Assembly: GCF_009914755.1 (NCBI RefSeq)
Contig: NC_060929.1
Length of the DNA: 64,000 nt
Strand: one strand, 5' to 3'
Source of the DNA: the human T2T-CHM13v2.0 reference genome, Homo sapiens
Under the pieces are notes generated by a model. The model had not been told where the DNA came from. It was given only the letters and a program-made list of their open reading frames with translations, and ran no database searches. The translations under genes were made by a program, and so were the position numbers. Of the stretch, positions 63,030 through 64,000 are shown one piece after another. The first letter of the stretch is position 1, and each line of letters opens with the position of its first letter.

Positions 63030-64000
63030 CATTTTTGGAAACTGCCTTGTGATGTGTGCATTCAACTCACAGAGTTGAACCTTCCTTTTGAGAGAGAAGT
63101 TTTGAAACAGTCTTTTTGTAGTATTTGCAAGTGGATATTTGGAGCGATTTGTGGAGTATGGTGGAAAATGAAATATCTTCACATACAAAGTAGACAGAAG
63201 CATTCTCAGAAACTGCTTTGTGATGTGTGCATTTAAGTCACAGACTTGAAACTTCCTTTAGGTAGAGCAGTGTTGAAACACACTTTTTGTATAATCTACA
63301 AGTGTTCTTTGGAGTGCTTTGTTGCCTATGTTGGAAAAAGAAATATCTTCACATAAAAACTAGACAGAAGCATTCTCAGAAACTCCTTTTTGATGGGTTT
63401 CTTCAATTCACATTGTTGAACCTTTCTTTTGATACAGCAGTGTTGAAACAAACATTTTGTAGAATCTGCAAGGGTTCATTTCAAATGCTTTGTGGCCTCT
63501 GTTGGAAAAAGTGATATGTTCACCTAAAAAATAGACAGAAGCATTCTCAGGAACTGCCTTGTAATATGTGCATTCAACTCACAGAGTTGAACCTTCCTTT
63601 TGAGAGAGCGGTTTTGAAACAGTCTTTTTGTAGTATCTGCAAGTGGATATTTGGAGCGATTTGAGGTCTAAGAAGGAAAAGGAAGTACCTTCAAATAAAA
63701 ACTAGACAGAAGCTTTCTCAGAAACTGCTTTGTGATGTGTGCATTTAACTCAAAGTCTTGATCCTTACTTTTGTTAGAGCAGTGTTGAAACACACTTTTT
63801 GTAGACCCTGGTAGTGTTCATTTGGAGAGATTTGTTGCCTATGGTGGAAAAAGGATTATCTTCTCTTAAATACTAGACAGAAGCATTCTTAGAAACTGCT
63901 TTGTGATGTGTGTGTTCAATTCACAGAGTTGAAACTTTCCTTTGACAGAGCAGGTTTGAAACACTGCTTCTGTAGAATCTGCTTGTGGATATTGGGAGCT
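63030..64000 (+). repeat. Partial HOR copy (m1 into m6), cut off by the window end
   Basis: Same monomer order continuing to the last base. Confidence 0.9.

Larger units (their letters stand above)
1..64000 (+). repeat. Alpha-satellite (ALR/Alpha) centromeric tandem array, ~375 monomers of 169-172 bp organised as a 15-mer HOR (2558 bp) with structural variants
   Basis: The alphoid motifs CATTCTCAGAAACTGCTTTGTGATGTGTGCATTCAACTCACAGAGTTGAACC and GGAAAAGGAAATATCTTCACATA recur every ~171 bp across the window. Identical ORF-track artefacts recur at 2558-bp intervals (117, 2675, 5233...). CENP-B boxes are present. Confidence 0.99.

Noticed and set aside
117-63514. Roughly 200 ORFs of 60-195 aa on both strands
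   Set aside because: They are chance open frames in alpha satellite. They recur with the HOR period, overlap on both strands, mostly start at GTG/TTG, show no recognisable domain, and appear or vanish with single SNPs.
1-64000. CRISPR-like regular repeat-spacer pattern
   Set aside because: The whole 171-bp unit is homologous between copies. There are no unique spacers and no cas genes.
1-64000. Transposon (L1/Alu) insertion, inversion or non-satellite island
   Set aside because: All 25 marker spacings are explained by monomer gain/loss and 1-3 bp indels. No poly-A tail or strand switch was seen.
1-64000. A previously undescribed gene-based biological system
   Set aside because: Nothing in the window lies outside the alpha-satellite array. 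The novelty is limited to array structure and evolution.

Overview
The whole 64-kb window is primate (most likely human) centromeric/pericentromeric alpha-satellite DNA. It holds about 375 head-to-tail ~171-bp monomers in a single orientation, with no genes, transposon insertions or inversions visible. The monomers form a higher-order repeat (HOR) whose canonical unit is a 15-mer of 2558 bp (monomers m1-m15 start at 93, 264, 434, 605, 776, 947, 1117, 1288, 1458, 1629, 1800, 1969, 2138, 2309 and 2480 in the first full copy). There are 25 complete HOR copies: 17 15-mers, 7 14-mers of two independent origins, and one 16-mer. Each HOR has only one intact CENP-B box, one decayed box and otherwise pJ-alpha/A-type monomers. 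That pattern suggests an SF5-like, probably non-kinetochore HOR array (inference; I cannot assign the chromosome). All ORFs in the track are spurious translations of the satellite. I found no new protein-coding or RNA system. What is worth a second look is the array's recombination history: a sharp switch between two HOR haplotype domains at ~38-39 kb, a near-identical monomer pair (m7/m8) lost twice by deletion, a 5119-bp out-of-register tandem duplication that created the 16-mer, a 14+15 composite unit, and an older trimer duplication inside the HOR.
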